Source of the DNA: Octopus sinensis
Taxonomy: Eukaryota
Assembly: GCF_006345805.1 (NCBI RefSeq)
Contig: NC_043020.1
Span: forward strand, 23,126,001 to 23,190,000
Length of the DNA stretch: 64,000 nt
Reading direction: 5' to 3'
This document shows, one piece after another, positions 27,410-40,882 of the stretch. The position numbers were made by a program, and so were the translations under genes. How positions within the stretch are numbered: the first letter of the stretch is position 1; each line of letters starts with the position of its first letter. Below the pieces are notes generated by a model. The model saw only the letters and a list, made by a program, of their open reading frames with translations. It did not search any database and was not told where the DNA came from.

Positions 27410-27480
27410 ACAAATGGCGGTGCCCCAGCATGGCCACAGCTCATTAGCTGAAACTGGAAAAATAAAAAAAAATAAAAAAA
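27410..27480 (+). mobile_element. LINE 3' tail fragment
   Basis: CAAATGGCGGTGCCCCAGCATGGCCACAGCTC..AGCTGAAACT plus A-rich tail; matches ~52378-52455. Confidence 0.7.
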
Positions 27481-27764
27481 TCAAATATCCGATTAAATTC
27501 TGAGTAAAAATTTAAAAAAAATATTCGAAAAAATAAAATCATTATAATAGTACATTTTATAGTTTGTGAAGATGTGTGATTATAGAAGAAGTGACGCTGT
27601 TGGTTGGTTTTAATAATTAATTAAGATAAAGCAGAAATTAATTTGAAGTTGTTATTGATAATCTGTGTTGTATGTGCAGTGACACAAAAATACGAAACTC
27701 TCTGCCTCTGAATCACTAATGTTGTCTGTTATCTGCTAATGGAATTATACAAACGCATATTATA

Positions 27765-27925
27765 AGTACAGGCGTGGCTCTGTGGTAAGAAGCTTGCTTC
27801 CCAACCACATGATTCCGAGTTCAACCCCACTATGGCAAGTGTATTCTATAGCCACGGGCCGACCAGAGCCTTGCAAGTGGATTTGGTAGACGGAAACTGA
27901 AAGAAGCCCGTCGTGTATATGTGCG
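27765..27925 (+). mobile_element. SINE family A, 5' half
   Basis: Head through GGAAACTGAAAGAAGCCCGTCG. Confidence 0.8.
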
Positions 27926-27929
27926 TGTG

Positions 27930-28108
27930 TAACGTTGGCGATTTTTTTCCTCCGTCTTCCCTTCTCTGGATCTTTCCTTTTCCAGTGTTTCTGACGAAGA
28001 GCTCCGCTCGAAACGTTAAACCCTCCTTCTTCCCTTCTTTCCTGAGCGTCCAATAATACTATATTTGTTCCACGTCCTCACGTTGTTGTGTTTTCTCGTT
28101 ATGTTTTC
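27930..28108 (+). mobile_element. HHR-bearing element, family 1 relative
   Basis: Shares TTCCTGAGCG..AATAC with family 1; 3' half repeated at ~25843-25915; ends at (TA)n. Confidence 0.6.
27987..28021 (+). ncRNA. Minimal type I hammerhead ribozyme, canonical A6
   Basis: GTTT CTGACGA A GAGC tcc GCTC GAAAC GTT^AAAC. Confidence 0.75.
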
Positions 28109-28123
28109 AATGTTTGGATTAAC

Positions 28124-28157
<34 letters not shown>

Positions 28158-28159
28158 TT

Positions 28160-28470
28160 ATATATATATTTTGAGGTACTACATTCGGTAAATTTTGTTT
28201 ATTTTAGTAGTTTTGACCGCATTGGTCCCTCTTAGCGTGCGGTATCTATGAATAGTAGTACCCTCAATATAATATAATAAATATTTTCAAGTGAAAAATT
28301 TACGGATTTTTCTCTTACGAGGTTTTTCACGCTAACTACTGATAATTTCTTATAAAGATTTTATCCTCAATTGTAAATATATGTTTTATAATATATTTTA
28401 CTTTTTCTTTATGATTTGGTTTATGTCTATCATTGTTTGAATTGCATAATAGTGGTTTTTCTCTAATTTA
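28160..28470 (+). mobile_element. pLTR-like 3' segment without HHR
   Basis: Shares CATTCGGT and GTCCCTCTTAGCGTG with the region downstream of the 61544 HHR; ends ..AATAGTGGTTTTTCTCTAATTT(TA)n. Confidence 0.5.
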
Positions 28471-28546
28471 TATATATATATATATGTGTATATATATATA
28501 TATATTATATATATATATATATATATATCTATATATGTATACATAC

Positions 28547-28623
<77 letters not shown>

Positions 28624-28705
28624 TGGTGTGGACGGTATTGAGGATACATGCGGGTTTAGTCATTATTTTATTTGAGTAATTTTTATTGAACTTCTATTTC
28701 AGAAA

Positions 28706-28900
28706 ATGACAATGACAGGCCCTATGCTTACTAATGAAATGGAAAGTCATGCTGTGACTGTGGCTTTGAAGGCAAAGGTGATTTAGAAATTTCTTGTTTT
28801 CTGAAAGTTGCTAGATCTTTTGTCCACAGGAATTGGTGTGAGTTAGAGAAAGAAGATGGAAGCGGATCACCTGTGTCAAAACGTAAAGCGATATATTGTA
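28706..28900 (+). pseudogene. Degenerate Tc1/mariner transposase N-terminal (HTH) fragment
   Basis: HAVTVALKAK / frameshift / DLEISCFLKVARSFVHRNWCELEKE; recognised from memory only. Confidence 0.45.
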
Positions 28901-29049
28901 TATAACGGATGCAGGTCGTTGTACAGGAGACCAGATGGTGGAGAATATGCCTGGGGTTAAACTAGTAGTAACATTCAACTGCCACTTTGAGGTGGCTACT
29001 CGGTTTACAGTTTAGTATACGTTACTACTCTATCTATACTAGCTATTTG

Positions 29050-29245
29050 GCAGAACCGTTAGCACGCCTGCCGTTCCGTTCTGAGTTCAAATTCCGCCGA
29101 GGTCGACTTTGCCTTTCATCCTTTCGGCGTCGATAAATTAAGTACCACTTATGCACTGGGATCGATATATAATCGACTTAATCCGTTTGTCTATCCTTGT
29201 TTGTCCCCTCTATGTTTAGCCGCTTGTTGGGTAATAAAGAAACAT
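29050..29245 (+). mobile_element. SINE family B
   Basis: Central domain and tail. Confidence 0.8.
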
Positions 29246-29424
29246 ATTTTGCTTCTTGAAAATCAGTGACCATATTTGGTTGCGGACCTCCTTTGAGTGT
29301 TTTTATATATACGTAAAAATGTCGAAGATCGAGAATGAGTGTTCAGTACAGCAATGGCGGATAAAATTTGCTTATTTGCTTATTAAGGTCATACTAAACA
29401 ATTGTACACGCACGCACCCACACA

Positions 29425-29462
<38 letters not shown>

Positions 29463-29711
29463 TATATATATATATATATATATATTATATTTAAATTAGA
29501 GACAAAACCACAATTAGGCAATCAAACAATGAAAGACTTAAGCCAATACATATGATTAATTTATATTATTTAAATATGTAACAATTATTAAAAAATATAA
29601 TTAATATCCTCTATGATCGTTTCCTGCGTGCAGTCTTTAAATTTTTTGAGTCGCAGTCATTCATCAGGTGGTTTCAAAATTTTTCTTGGCGAGTTTTAAA
29701 CAATTATTTCT

Positions 29712-30075
29712 TTATTGCTCACAAGGGGCTAAACAAAGAGAGGACAAACAAGGACAGACAAACGAATTAAGTCGATTACATCGACCCGAGTGCGTAACTG
29801 GTACTTATTAAATCGACCCCGAAAGCATGAAAGGCAAAGACGACTTCAGCGGAATTTGAACTCAGAACATAGCGGCAGACGAAATACCTATTTCTATTTC
29901 TTTACTACCCACAAGGGGCTAAACACAGAGGGGACAAACAAGGATAGACAAACGAATTAAGTCGATTACATCAACCCCAGTGCGTAACTGGTAGTTAATT
30001 TATCGACCTCGAAAAGATGAAAGGCAAAGTCGACCTCGGCGGAATTTGAACTCAGAACGGAACGGCAGACGAAAT
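29712..30075 (-). mobile_element. SINE family B dimer, headless
   Basis: Same body-body junction as the other dimers. Confidence 0.8.
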
Positions 30076-30694
30076 TGTTTTAAATATATATATATATATA
30101 TATATAAATATATATATATATAGTGTAATAAATAAAATATATGCATACATACAAACATATATGTACGTACCGACATCTACATGTATATATACATGCATAT
30201 ATAAATATATATACGTACAGGACACCACAAAAAGACGTAAAAATCAACAGAAACGAAAACGGAAAAGCCATTTTTGTTACAACAGAAGGACAGAGACGTG
30301 GAACAAGACGAAAACGAAAAACGGGAAAAACAATATGTACAGCAGAAAAACGAAGTACAGGACATGCTACACAAGGAAACATCCCCTTCATCAACTATCG
30401 CTAGCAGACATAGCGTGTTTCGAAGGCAAGACAGGACACGTCTGTCATGCTAAGCCTTCCTACGAGAGAATTAAAATAAAATAACCTCGTAGGGGGGAAA
30501 AACGAGCAAGAAAAAATGTAACACAAAAAGGGACGTAACAAAGAACTACACAAAAAATACAAGAAATACAAGTTTTTTCGTATTGTAATTTATTTCTCGT
30601 TTTGTATTTTCTTGTACACGTATCTTTAATTTTGTATTCGATTTTTCGAATTCTCACTTCGTTCCGTCTCTTTCCTCCCAGTTTTGTTTTACAG

Positions 30695-30738
<44 letters not shown>

Positions 30739-31145
30739 CTCATATATATATATAACTCAACGCAATTAACGCCTCAAGGGATTTTTGTACGAGGTATTGG
30801 TATATTGGATAAACAAACCATATTTATTACTTACTCTCATTATTCCTATACGCATGCGTATAACCAGTCATCAAAATATTTTGATGACGGCGAGGTTAAT
30901 TTTTGTAAATTATTCGTTGTTTATTTTGTGTCCAATATTTAATGGTTCCTATTATCGCTCCTGTGCAATTCACATATTGTTCGAAGCTGCAACAGATAGG
31001 GCAAGACGTTTCGCACTCTCAGTATTTAAGTATTTCGATCGGACGAATGAAACCGCTTTTTAAATCCGACAGTTCGTATGGGTTTTCTAATTACGTATCT
31101 ATAAACGCATTCACACTCAAACGCACACATATACACAGACGCAAA

Positions 31146-31221
<76 letters not shown>

Positions 31222-31728
31222 CACAATGACCAACGATCTGCCGTGTGTCCTAAGGGGCAGCTCGTACCAATTTAGCTCAGCCAATAATTTGCTAAGCCTA
31301 ACGGCACACAACTCTGTATTGTTGGGAGACAACGTCTTTTCGACTAATAAACACATATGTGCGCATATGTAAGTATGTTTGTATGTATGTATGTATGTAT
31401 GTATGTATGTATGTATGTATGTATGTATGTATGTATGTATGTATGTATGTATGTATGTATGTGTGTGTGTATGTATATATATGTACGTATATGCAAAAGA
31501 ACCACTGTACTATATATACCCACATTTATATGTGTGTTAGTTTGAATGGAAACAGAAATGCTCCTCTCATAAAGTAATTGCTTATTTGCTTATTTGCTTA
31601 TTAAGGTCATAATAAACAAATTGTACACACACACACACTCATATATATAACTCATATATATATATATGCATTTTCGAACAACTCTGAGCGCGAATAAATC
31701 GTGCTTTATACAGTAGCTATATATATAT

Positions 31729-31760
<32 letters not shown>

Positions 31761-31915
31761 CATGAACAAAATAAGAATAAACAAAAACAACAACAGAAAC
31801 AAATTACATGAACGTATATAAACAGTAGATACAAATATTACAGGCATCCCTCCCACACACACTAAATAAACATAGACGCACATAGAGATATAAGCATGCG
31901 CAAATGAAGACATAC

Positions 31916-32146
31916 AATAGAAATACAAAATGGCTGACGGTTAGTAAGGAAAGACACAAATAAGAAAGAAGAAAACAAAGGACCACTGATGCGGTCACAG
32001 GAGTGTGACAAAAGAACTCTGGCCGAAATAAGATTAAGATTAATGTAAAAAATAAATAACACTGAAGCAAATTAACACCAAATATATAGTGCGTGTGTTT
32101 TTATTGGCTAAACTGGCAAAATGACCATTCCGAAATATAACAATAT
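31916..32146 (+). mobile_element. Element family 2, single copy
   Basis: Highly similar to 23732-23962; HHR-like motif at 31980-32024 (GAAA mutated to AAAA; CTC^TGGCC); ends at (TA)n. Confidence 0.75.
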
Positions 32147-32153
32147 ATATATA

Positions 32154-33192
32154 TCTTTATATATATAAAACTGAGAATGTGTGTCTGTCTGTCTGTCTGT
32201 CTGTGTGTTTCCCTAAAACTTGAGAACTACACAACCGATTTCATTCAAATTTTACACATGCCTTACTTAGGGCCCGGGGAGTGTCATCGGCAAAAAAATT
32301 TTCAACTTCTTACCTAGAGCGAGCCCATAGCAATATCATATCTTCTCCACTATTTCAGTATTACGTGTCAAAAGTGAAACAAAAACATTTCTCTATTTTA
32401 TGTCAGATACTTTCCCTTTAACAATAAAAATAATAATAACAATTGAATTATATGTAGTAAGTAATAATTAAAATCAAACTAAAGTATAATATAATCGTAA
32501 CATAAAAAAAAGTAAAAATAGCAATTGGTATAAAATTGCATCAATGACTTGAACTTGAATAAGTGGTTTCACATGAATGGGAATAAATTAAAAATAAAAT
32601 TAGCGTGCAGAAATGGAATAGTCCAGATGGATAATAAAAAATTAAATTAAAGAAAAGACTAATATCTATAAAGTATACAATGTAGAGAAAAAAGATTTGA
32701 ATGCATGGAGGAAAGCACCTTCGAAAAGTGTCTTGGTGCGACTATGAAAGGTATCTAATCAGAGGCGGTAAATTTGCCACAATAGAAGCAAAGTTCGAGT
32801 CAACGGAGCGTGCAAGGGAGTACTCGACTCGAACTTGCAAAGTGGAAATATTTTATTTTTACCTTTATATCTGGGACGTAGGACGTCCTGGAAAAAAATT
32901 TTAAATGCCTCCCCGCCCAGAAATAGAGGTAGGCTGGATTGTAGCCACACTTCTATACAAGAGAGAGAACAAGATACAATTGATCGAAATTACAAGAGAC
33001 GGGCTAACAATTCCAGTCTGTTATATATTTTGTGTATTGTTAGCACTAGCGATATCACGATATAACTTTGTATTTTGTATTTTATGTGTAGATGTATATA
33101 TATAGATGTACATGTAATATGTACACATATATATACACATATATACATGCACTAGCACTATGACCCGGCAACGACGGGTCTTTAATGCTAGT
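32154..33192 (+). mobile_element. Non-autonomous Helitron
   Basis: 5' TCTTTATATATATAAAA..(CTGT)n..CAACCGATTT; 3' hairpin GACCCGgcaacgaCGGGTC then CTAGT. Confidence 0.7.
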
Positions 33193-33195
33193 ATA

Positions 33196-33493
33196 TCTTT
33201 ATATATAAAAGTGAAGTTGTGTGTCTGTCTCCTACGATTTAGATTCCTAACTACTCCCACATTTTGCGGTGCAGTGTAACCAAAAGCGGGTATCTTATAG
33301 TCGTGATTCATATCGAGCCCTTCTGGGTATTAGCGCGCGTCTACGATGAGTCTACGATTAAAAAAAATTACCATAATTTTTTCCCATTTTTAATGCATTT
33401 TCTTTGCTATTATATAAGGGAAGTAACTCTCTAAAAATGCTTATATAGTTATTTCCCTTACAAACCCGAGCAATGCCGGGCGATACTGCTAGT
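33196..33493 (+). mobile_element. Second non-autonomous Helitron, directly in tandem
   Basis: 5' TCTTTATATATAAAAGTGAAGTTG; 3' CCCGAGCAATGCCGGG..CTAGT. Confidence 0.75.
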
Positions 33494-34451
33494 ATATATA
33501 TAAAGCACGATTTATCTATAGTCAGAGGCGTTCGTAAATCGAGGTGCTACTGTATTAAATGAATATGGGAAAGACACGAGATAAAGTACGATTTCTTCGC
33601 GATCAGAGTTTCTCGGAAACCGAGGTTCTACAGCATATATATACATATGTTTGTGCGCATGTGTGGAGGAGTATATGCATGCATGTACACATGGTTAATA
33701 TACATACATGTATGTGAATATGTATACGTAAGGATGGATAGCATTGCTTGAGAGGATTTTATTAAGTGCTGTGTATGTAGAATATTTCCGAATGCTTTGC
33801 TTACTTTTGTCGGTGTCTTTGATAGTCTGTAGCTATAATCTTCTCATTAGGAATATTCTTTCTGATTTTGTGAAGCAGACCTTCTCAAGACTGACATCGA
33901 GGCAGTTAAAGACGTAACCAAATGCTCGAATAATTATTGGTGGCAATCCAAAAAGAATTTCCAGATGAAGAGACTAGTGATTTGTAATCACTTAGGCATA
34001 GGTTCCCTAATTTCCACTCACCTTTCACATGATGTTGACATGCGTTGGAAATCTGATTAGCTACTCTACATGGAATAATTTCTCTGTCAAAGATCATTAA
34101 ATCTGGTTTGTTGTGCTTGGGATTCGTTGAAGTTTTGACAAGGAGATTCCGCTAGTATTCTTTGGAATTGAGTGTATTTATGTCCTCCATGACACTGCAG
34201 CTTCTTATATTTGTCTGCAATGTATGTATGCATGTATGCATGTATGTATGTATGCATGCATGTATGTATGTATGCTTGCATGTATGTAAGTATGCATGTA
34301 TGTATGTATATATGTATGTATATATGCATGCATACATGCATACTTACATACATGCAAGCATACATACATACATGCATGCATACATATATATACATACATG
34401 TATATGCATACATATATATATACATATGTATATGCATGTATGTATATACCA

Positions 34452-34636
34452 AATACCGTCTACCAAATCCACTCACAAGGCATTGGTCGGCCCGGGGCTA
34501 TAGCAGAAAACACTTGCCCAAGATGCCACGCAATGGGACTGAACCCGGAACCATGTGGTTGGTTAGCAAGCTACTTACCACACAGCCACTCCTGCGCCTA
34601 TTTTGTCTACGTTCTTTTTTTTTTTTTGCTACCCTG
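34452..34636 (-). mobile_element. SINE A 5' half with shared upstream leader
   Basis: Leader CAGGGTAGC(A)nGAACGTAGACAAAAT also found at 55206-55244. Confidence 0.8.
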
Positions 34637-35328
34637 TACCCATATATGTATTTATATACGTCAAGGAAACCGGGAAACCGCCCCATATAAGCCAGGCATG
34701 GCTCGAGAAGGAACAAACAAAGAGTGTGAGGATACTGCAGTTTGCTGAAACTGTATATGCTAGCGTTCGCAGAGGTAAATCTCCCCTACGCTCTCTGTGG
34801 CCACATTGTCTTTAAAAATCCCGTGTTGTCTCCCATAAATGTTCACGTGTCAGAATACTAACAGAGCAGATAACGTTAGGCACGCATTTCTAATAACTAC
34901 ACTTTAAATTCAAAGCCGTGCCCATCTGCTGCAGCGAGGAACATCCGTTTTGCCTGTATAAAACGGATGGCAGAGCTGCTAATGAACTAAGTATTCACCC
35001 AAGCGCCCGGGGCTGAGAAACCAAAAACACACCTGTTACACACATAAATGTCTCCTATAAGAAAGTGGTTATACTCGAAATCAATTTAGCGGCATTCATA
35101 TGTGAGTATATACTTGTATATCTATAAGTATGCACATGTGTACGCACACACACACTCATACTCACTCACAGACACACACACACACACACACACACACATG
35201 CATATAAATGTATGTATTCATATATCTATCTATCCATTTAGCAACGGTTATATATATATATATATATGTATATATGGTATATGGTATGTATGGAGATATG
35301 TAAGTATGTATATATGGTATGTATGGGG

Positions 35329-35374
<46 letters not shown>

Positions 35375-36449
35375 ATTTATATATATATACATATATGTAT
35401 ATATATATATATATTTATATGTTTATATATATATATATATTTGTTTTATTTATATTTCCTGAGCGCCATACTAATACAATTGTTCGTTTGTTTTCCACCT
35501 GCCTTCGTCTTTTGTTTATTTTCATAAAGCTTCCCGTTATATATATACATATATGTATATATATATATTTATATGTTTATATATATATAAATATATACAT
35601 ATATGTATATATATATATGTATATATATACATATATATATATATATAAACATATAAATACATTATATATATACATATATATACATATATATGTATATATA
35701 TGCATATACATACGTACCTACATGCATATAGGTACACATTTTCATAAAAGGATGAATATAAACATTTTCAAACGTGTGCAGACACACATATACGTACACG
35801 CATGATTATGCACGCGCGCATATACACACAGACGCACATGTACACACACATAGATACACACATCGAATACACACACACATTTATATGTGTGTGTATGTAT
35901 GTATGTATGAATGTACAGATAAACGTTATAATATACCATTCACACATGTATGCATGGGCATATAAATGTATATTATATAGACGTCCATGAAATAATGTGT
36001 GATTAAAATCAAAATCTTCCAAAGTATACGGAATCAAATGATCTTTTCTTACACAAAAAGAATTTCGACAACGAAACTCATCTTTCCATCAATGTAATGC
36101 ATTTAGAGCTTCATAAAAAGCCATTTAAGTATTCAAAGTAAATGGAATCTATCGATATTGCATCTTTCATTCATTTCTAATGCAACAATCGTGGGCTCTA
36201 GTTAAGATGTCAGTCTACTTAAACACGATCAGAAACACACGTACTCACACACACACAAACACATGCATACACACACATAGCACACACACATGTGTGTAAT
36301 ATGAGAAATAATATGGCATCAATATAAGAATGAATATTAAAATAAATGGAAGAAGCTGAAATTTCAAGACAACATCTATTTAACAAACCTTTTTGCTTGT
36401 AAAATACATTACAGGCGATGTTGGTGTAGGGAAGGAGGGCGTTTGAGTA

Positions 36450-36488
<39 letters not shown>

Positions 36489-36759
36489 TGTGTGTATGTG
36501 TGTGTGCATGTGGGGATTCTAATAACCAAACTTAATACTCAAAAATAACGTAAAATCAATTTAAGGAAATAAGAGTTATAATAACATTATTAGAAATAAT
36601 ATCTCGTAAATATTGCGAAAATATTTTTATGTGCAAGTCATTTTTGCAAAGGGCTTCATGAAAAGGAAAAGGATTCTTATTAAAGTGTTAACACAATGAT
36701 ACGCAATGAAACGACTGGATACCCCGAAAAGTTATAGTCTTTATATTATCCAAATACAC

Positions 36760-36962
36760 AAGTAGGTCGCTCTGTGGTAAGAAGATTGTTTTCCAACCAT
36801 ATGGTTCCGGGTTCAGTTTCTCTGTGTGGCAGCTTGGACACGTGTCTTCTAATATAACCTTGGGCCGACCAAAGTTTTGCGAGTGGATTGGTAGACGGAA
36901 ACTGAAAGAAGCCTGTTGTATATATATATATACATACATATATATATATACATATTACACAA

Positions 36963-37034
<72 letters not shown>

Positions 37035-37275
37035 TATATATTTATTTGTGTGTGTCTTTGTGTCTATGTTTCACCACCCCTAACATTGCTTGACAACAGA
37101 TGTTGGTGTGTTTACGTTCCCGTAGCTTAGCGGTTCGGCAAAAGCGACCGATAGAATAAGTATTAGACTTACCAATAATAAGTCCTGAAGTCGTTTTCTT
37201 CGACTAAAAAACCCTTTAAGACGAAGCTCCAGCATGGCTACAATCAAATAACTGAATCAATTAAAATAATAAAAG
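36760..37275 (+). mobile_element. Decayed SINE family A
   Basis: Head, internal microsatellite and tail recognisable. Confidence 0.75.
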
Positions 37276-37638
37276 ATTAAAAGCTAACTACAAAGCTTCT
37301 TTCGTGTACTTGTTTCAGTCATTGGACTGTGGCTAGGCTGGAGCAACGCCTTGAAAAGTTTTAGTCGAGCAAACGGACTCCGGGAATTACTTTTTTATAG
37401 TCTAGTATTAATTCCATCAGTATCCTTTGCTGAACCGCTAAGATACTGAGACTTTGTCGAACGGTAGCGAGATAACACGACATACAGAAACATAGACACA
37501 AAAACATATATATGTATGCATATTCATACATGCATAAATACATACATATGCACACACATATACTTATACATACGTACTCACACTCACACAAACACACACA
37601 CATATATATATACTTTAATTGATTCATGTATATATATG

Positions 37639-37770
37639 TAGCTGCATCGAACTCTCTCATGCACCAAATGGCAGTTGCTAGAAAGCTTTCGTGAAGTGAA
37701 ACCAAGTAGCAACACCAAATGGCGGTGCCCCAGCATGCCCACAGCTCATAAGCTGAAACTAGAAGAAAGA
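37639..37770 (+). mobile_element. LINE 3' end fragment
   Basis: GCAGCTGCATCGAACTCTCTCATGCACCAAATGG... matches ~52302-52455. Confidence 0.8.
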
Positions 37771-37779
37771 AAGAAAAGA

Positions 37780-37795
37780 ATATGTATATATATGT

Positions 37796-37827
<32 letters not shown>

Positions 37828-38230
37828 TGTATATATATGTATATATATATATGTATAGATATGTATATATATATATGTATATATATGTATATATATATAT
37901 GTATATATATATGTATAATTATATGTATATATATATATATTTAGATATATGTATATATTATATATGGATATATAGGTTATATATATGTATATATATGTAT
38001 ATGTATATACGTATATATATATGTATTAAATATATATATGTATATAGATATATGTATATATAATATAGGTATATATATGTATATATTATATATGTATAGA
38101 TATGTATATGTATATACGTATATATATATGTATATATATACTGTTATAATATATTATATATATATATATATATCTATATGTATATATATGATAATATATG
38201 TATGTATATATATATATATGGATATATATG

Positions 38231-38263
<33 letters not shown>

Positions 38264-38457
38264 GTATATATATATGTATGTATATATGTATATATATAGT
38301 ATATATATATTATATATATATATATGTATATATGTAATATATAAATATATGTTATGTATATATATATATTATGTGTGTATATAATATATATATTATATAT
38401 ATATGTATGTATATAATATATGTGTGTATATATGTATATATATGTATATTATATATG

Positions 38458-38494
<37 letters not shown>

Positions 38495-38495
38495 G

Positions 38496-38546
<51 letters not shown>

Positions 38547-38810
38547 ATAATATATATATGTTATATATATATGTATATATATATGTATATGTGTGTATAT
38601 ATATATGTTATATATATGTATATATATATATGTATATATATATGTATATATATATATATATATGTATATATATGTATATATATATGTATATATATTATAT
38701 ATAATATATGTATATATATGATATATATATGTATATATATGTATATGTATATATATAATGTATATATATATATGTATATATTATGTATATATGTATATAT
38801 ATATATATAT
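37780..38810. repeat. ~1-kb imperfect (TA)n/(TATG)n satellite
   Basis: Direct reading. Confidence 0.95.
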
Positions 38811-38998
38811 ATACTAAGCAATAAGGTTTAGCAACGAGTTGCCTTACCACATACCGAATTAGAAATAGCAGTCAAAGGGTATAGCTATTTCTTCTACAAA
38901 AAGGGAGATCTCAGAAAAACAGATTTGAAGGCAAGACACAAACAGGTAAGAGAGAATGAATTGACTGCAATCTATATACATTTTTTAGTTATCCACGG

Positions 38999-39097
38999 AC
39001 GTACGTTCGAAATAGTTTTAAGGAAAGCATAAGAATTAGAATTAAATATTAAATAATAAATAATTCTATTTACCGAAACTTCTTTTCTCTTCAGCGT
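38999..39097 (-). ncRNA. HHR in unit 1 (GAAAC reads GAAC; possible homopolymer error)
   Basis: Same fold as units 2-4; this unit has many 1-bp deletions. Confidence 0.55.
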
Positions 39098-39578
39098 AGA
39101 ATATATAACATAAATGATTATATATTGAATTTTGAGATACCAGAAGGCACCAACTCCACTCAGTATCAGAGCGAGCTAGAATCGAACTGGTATCACCGAA
39201 TTCATTTGTGAATGAAACGATGGTGTCAACAGCCCCTTACCGCGTGTAGCAAAACAAGATATGTGGTCATCTACTGAGATAAAATAGGTTATCCGTAAAA
39301 TTGAGGGTGAAATTATTATTTGGAAAAATTATCATTAAAGTAGTCTCGGCATGTAAAAGCTCATTCAGGAAAGTTAAGTAATACTAAGCAATAAGGGTTT
39401 AGCAACGAGTTGCCTTACCACATACCGAATTTAGAAATAGCAGTCAAAGGGTTATAGCTATTTTCTACAAAAAAGGGAGAAAGGAGATCTCATAAAAACA
39501 GAATTTGGAAGGCAGACACAAACAGGTAAGAGAATGAATTGACTGCAATCTATCATACATTTTTTTAGTTATCCACGG

Positions 39579-39681
39579 ACGTACGTTTCGAAATCAAGTT
39601 TTAAGGAAAGCAAGAATTAGATATTAAATATTAAATAATAAATAATTCTATCTTACCGACAACTTCTTTTCTCTTCAGCGT
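39579..39681 (-). ncRNA. Type I hammerhead ribozyme with long stem II, unit 2
   Basis: ACG CTGAAGA GAAA..TTTC GAAAC GTA^CGT. Confidence 0.8.
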
Positions 39682-40178
39682 AGAATACTATAATCATAAA
39701 TGATTATATATTGAATTTTGAGATACCAGAAGGCACAACTCCACTCAGTATCAGAGCGAGCTAGAATCCGCAACTGTATCACCGAATTCAATTTGTGAAT
39801 GAAACGATTGTGTCAACAGCCCTCCCACCCGCGTGTAGCCAAAACAAGATGCTGTGGTCATCTACTGAGATAAAATATGGTTATCCGTAATAATGAAGGG
39901 TGAAATTAATTAATTTGGAAAAATTATCAATTACACCAAGTAGTCTTCGGCATGTAAAAGCCTCATTCGAGGAAAATTTAAGTAATACTAAGCAATAAGG
40001 GTTTAGCAACGAGTTGCCTTCCACATACCGAATTTAGAAATAGCAGTCAAAGGGTATAGCTATTTCTTCTACAAAAAAGGGAGATCTCAGTAAAAACAGC
40101 ATTTGGAAGGCAGACACAAACAGGTAAGAGAGAATGAATTGACTGCAATCTATCATACATTTTTTTAGTTATCCACGG

Positions 40179-40280
40179 ACGTACGTTTCGAAATCAAGTT
40201 TTAAGGAAAGATAAGAATTAGATATTAAATATTAAATAATAAATAATCTATCTTACCGAAACTTCTTTTCTCTTCAGCGT
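40179..40280 (-). ncRNA. Type I hammerhead ribozyme, unit 3
   Basis: Cleavage site exactly 600 nt from that of unit 2. Confidence 0.8.
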
Positions 40281-40778
40281 AGAATACTATAATCATAAAT
40301 GATTATATATGAATTTTGAGATACCAGAAGGCACCAACTCCACTCAGTATCAGAGCGAGCTAGAATCCGCAACTGGTATCACCGAATTCAATTTGTGAAT
40401 GAAACGTTGTGTCAACAGCCCCTTCCCACCCGCGTGTAGCCAAAACAAATGCTGTGGTCATCTACTGAGATAAAATATGGTTATCCGTAATAATGAAGGG
40501 TGAAATTAATTAATTTGGAAAAATTATCAATTACACCAAGTAGTCTTCGGCATGTAAAAGCCTCATCGAGGAAAAATTAAGTAATACTAAGCAATAAGGT
40601 TTAGCAACGAGTTGCCTTACCACATACCGAATTTAGAAATAGCAGTCAAAGGGTTATAGCTATTTCTTCTACAAAAAAGGGAGATCTCAGTAAAAACAGC
40701 ATTTGGAAGGCAGACACAAACAGGTAAGAGAGAATGAATTGACTGCAATCTATCATACATTTTTTTAGTTATCCACGG

Positions 40779-40882
40779 ACGTACGTTTCGAAATCAAGTT
40801 TTAAGGAAAGCATAAGAATTAGATATTAAATATTAAATAATAAATAATTCTATCTTACCGAAACTTCTTTTCTCTTCAGCGT
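40779..40882 (-). ncRNA. Type I hammerhead ribozyme, unit 4
   Basis: ACG CTGAAGA GAAA ag AAGTTT..AGAATTA..TAATTCT..AAACTT ga TTTC GAAAC GTA^CGT. Confidence 0.8.

Noticed and set aside
28690-28780. AG..GT-bounded segment resembling a host exon
   Set aside because: The sequence across the apparent donor continues as a transposase-like HTH after a frameshift.
30381-30430. Minus-strand CCTTC GAAAC..GTC..TTGATGA AGG, a possible type II hammerhead
   Set aside because: Stem I does not start at the cleavage site, C3 is missing and the stem II register is inconsistent.
34640-35100. Unique, moderately GC-rich stretch with a small hairpin (CATCCGTTTT/AAAACGGATG), a possible enhancer
   Set aside because: No supportable motif or conservation evidence from the sequence alone.
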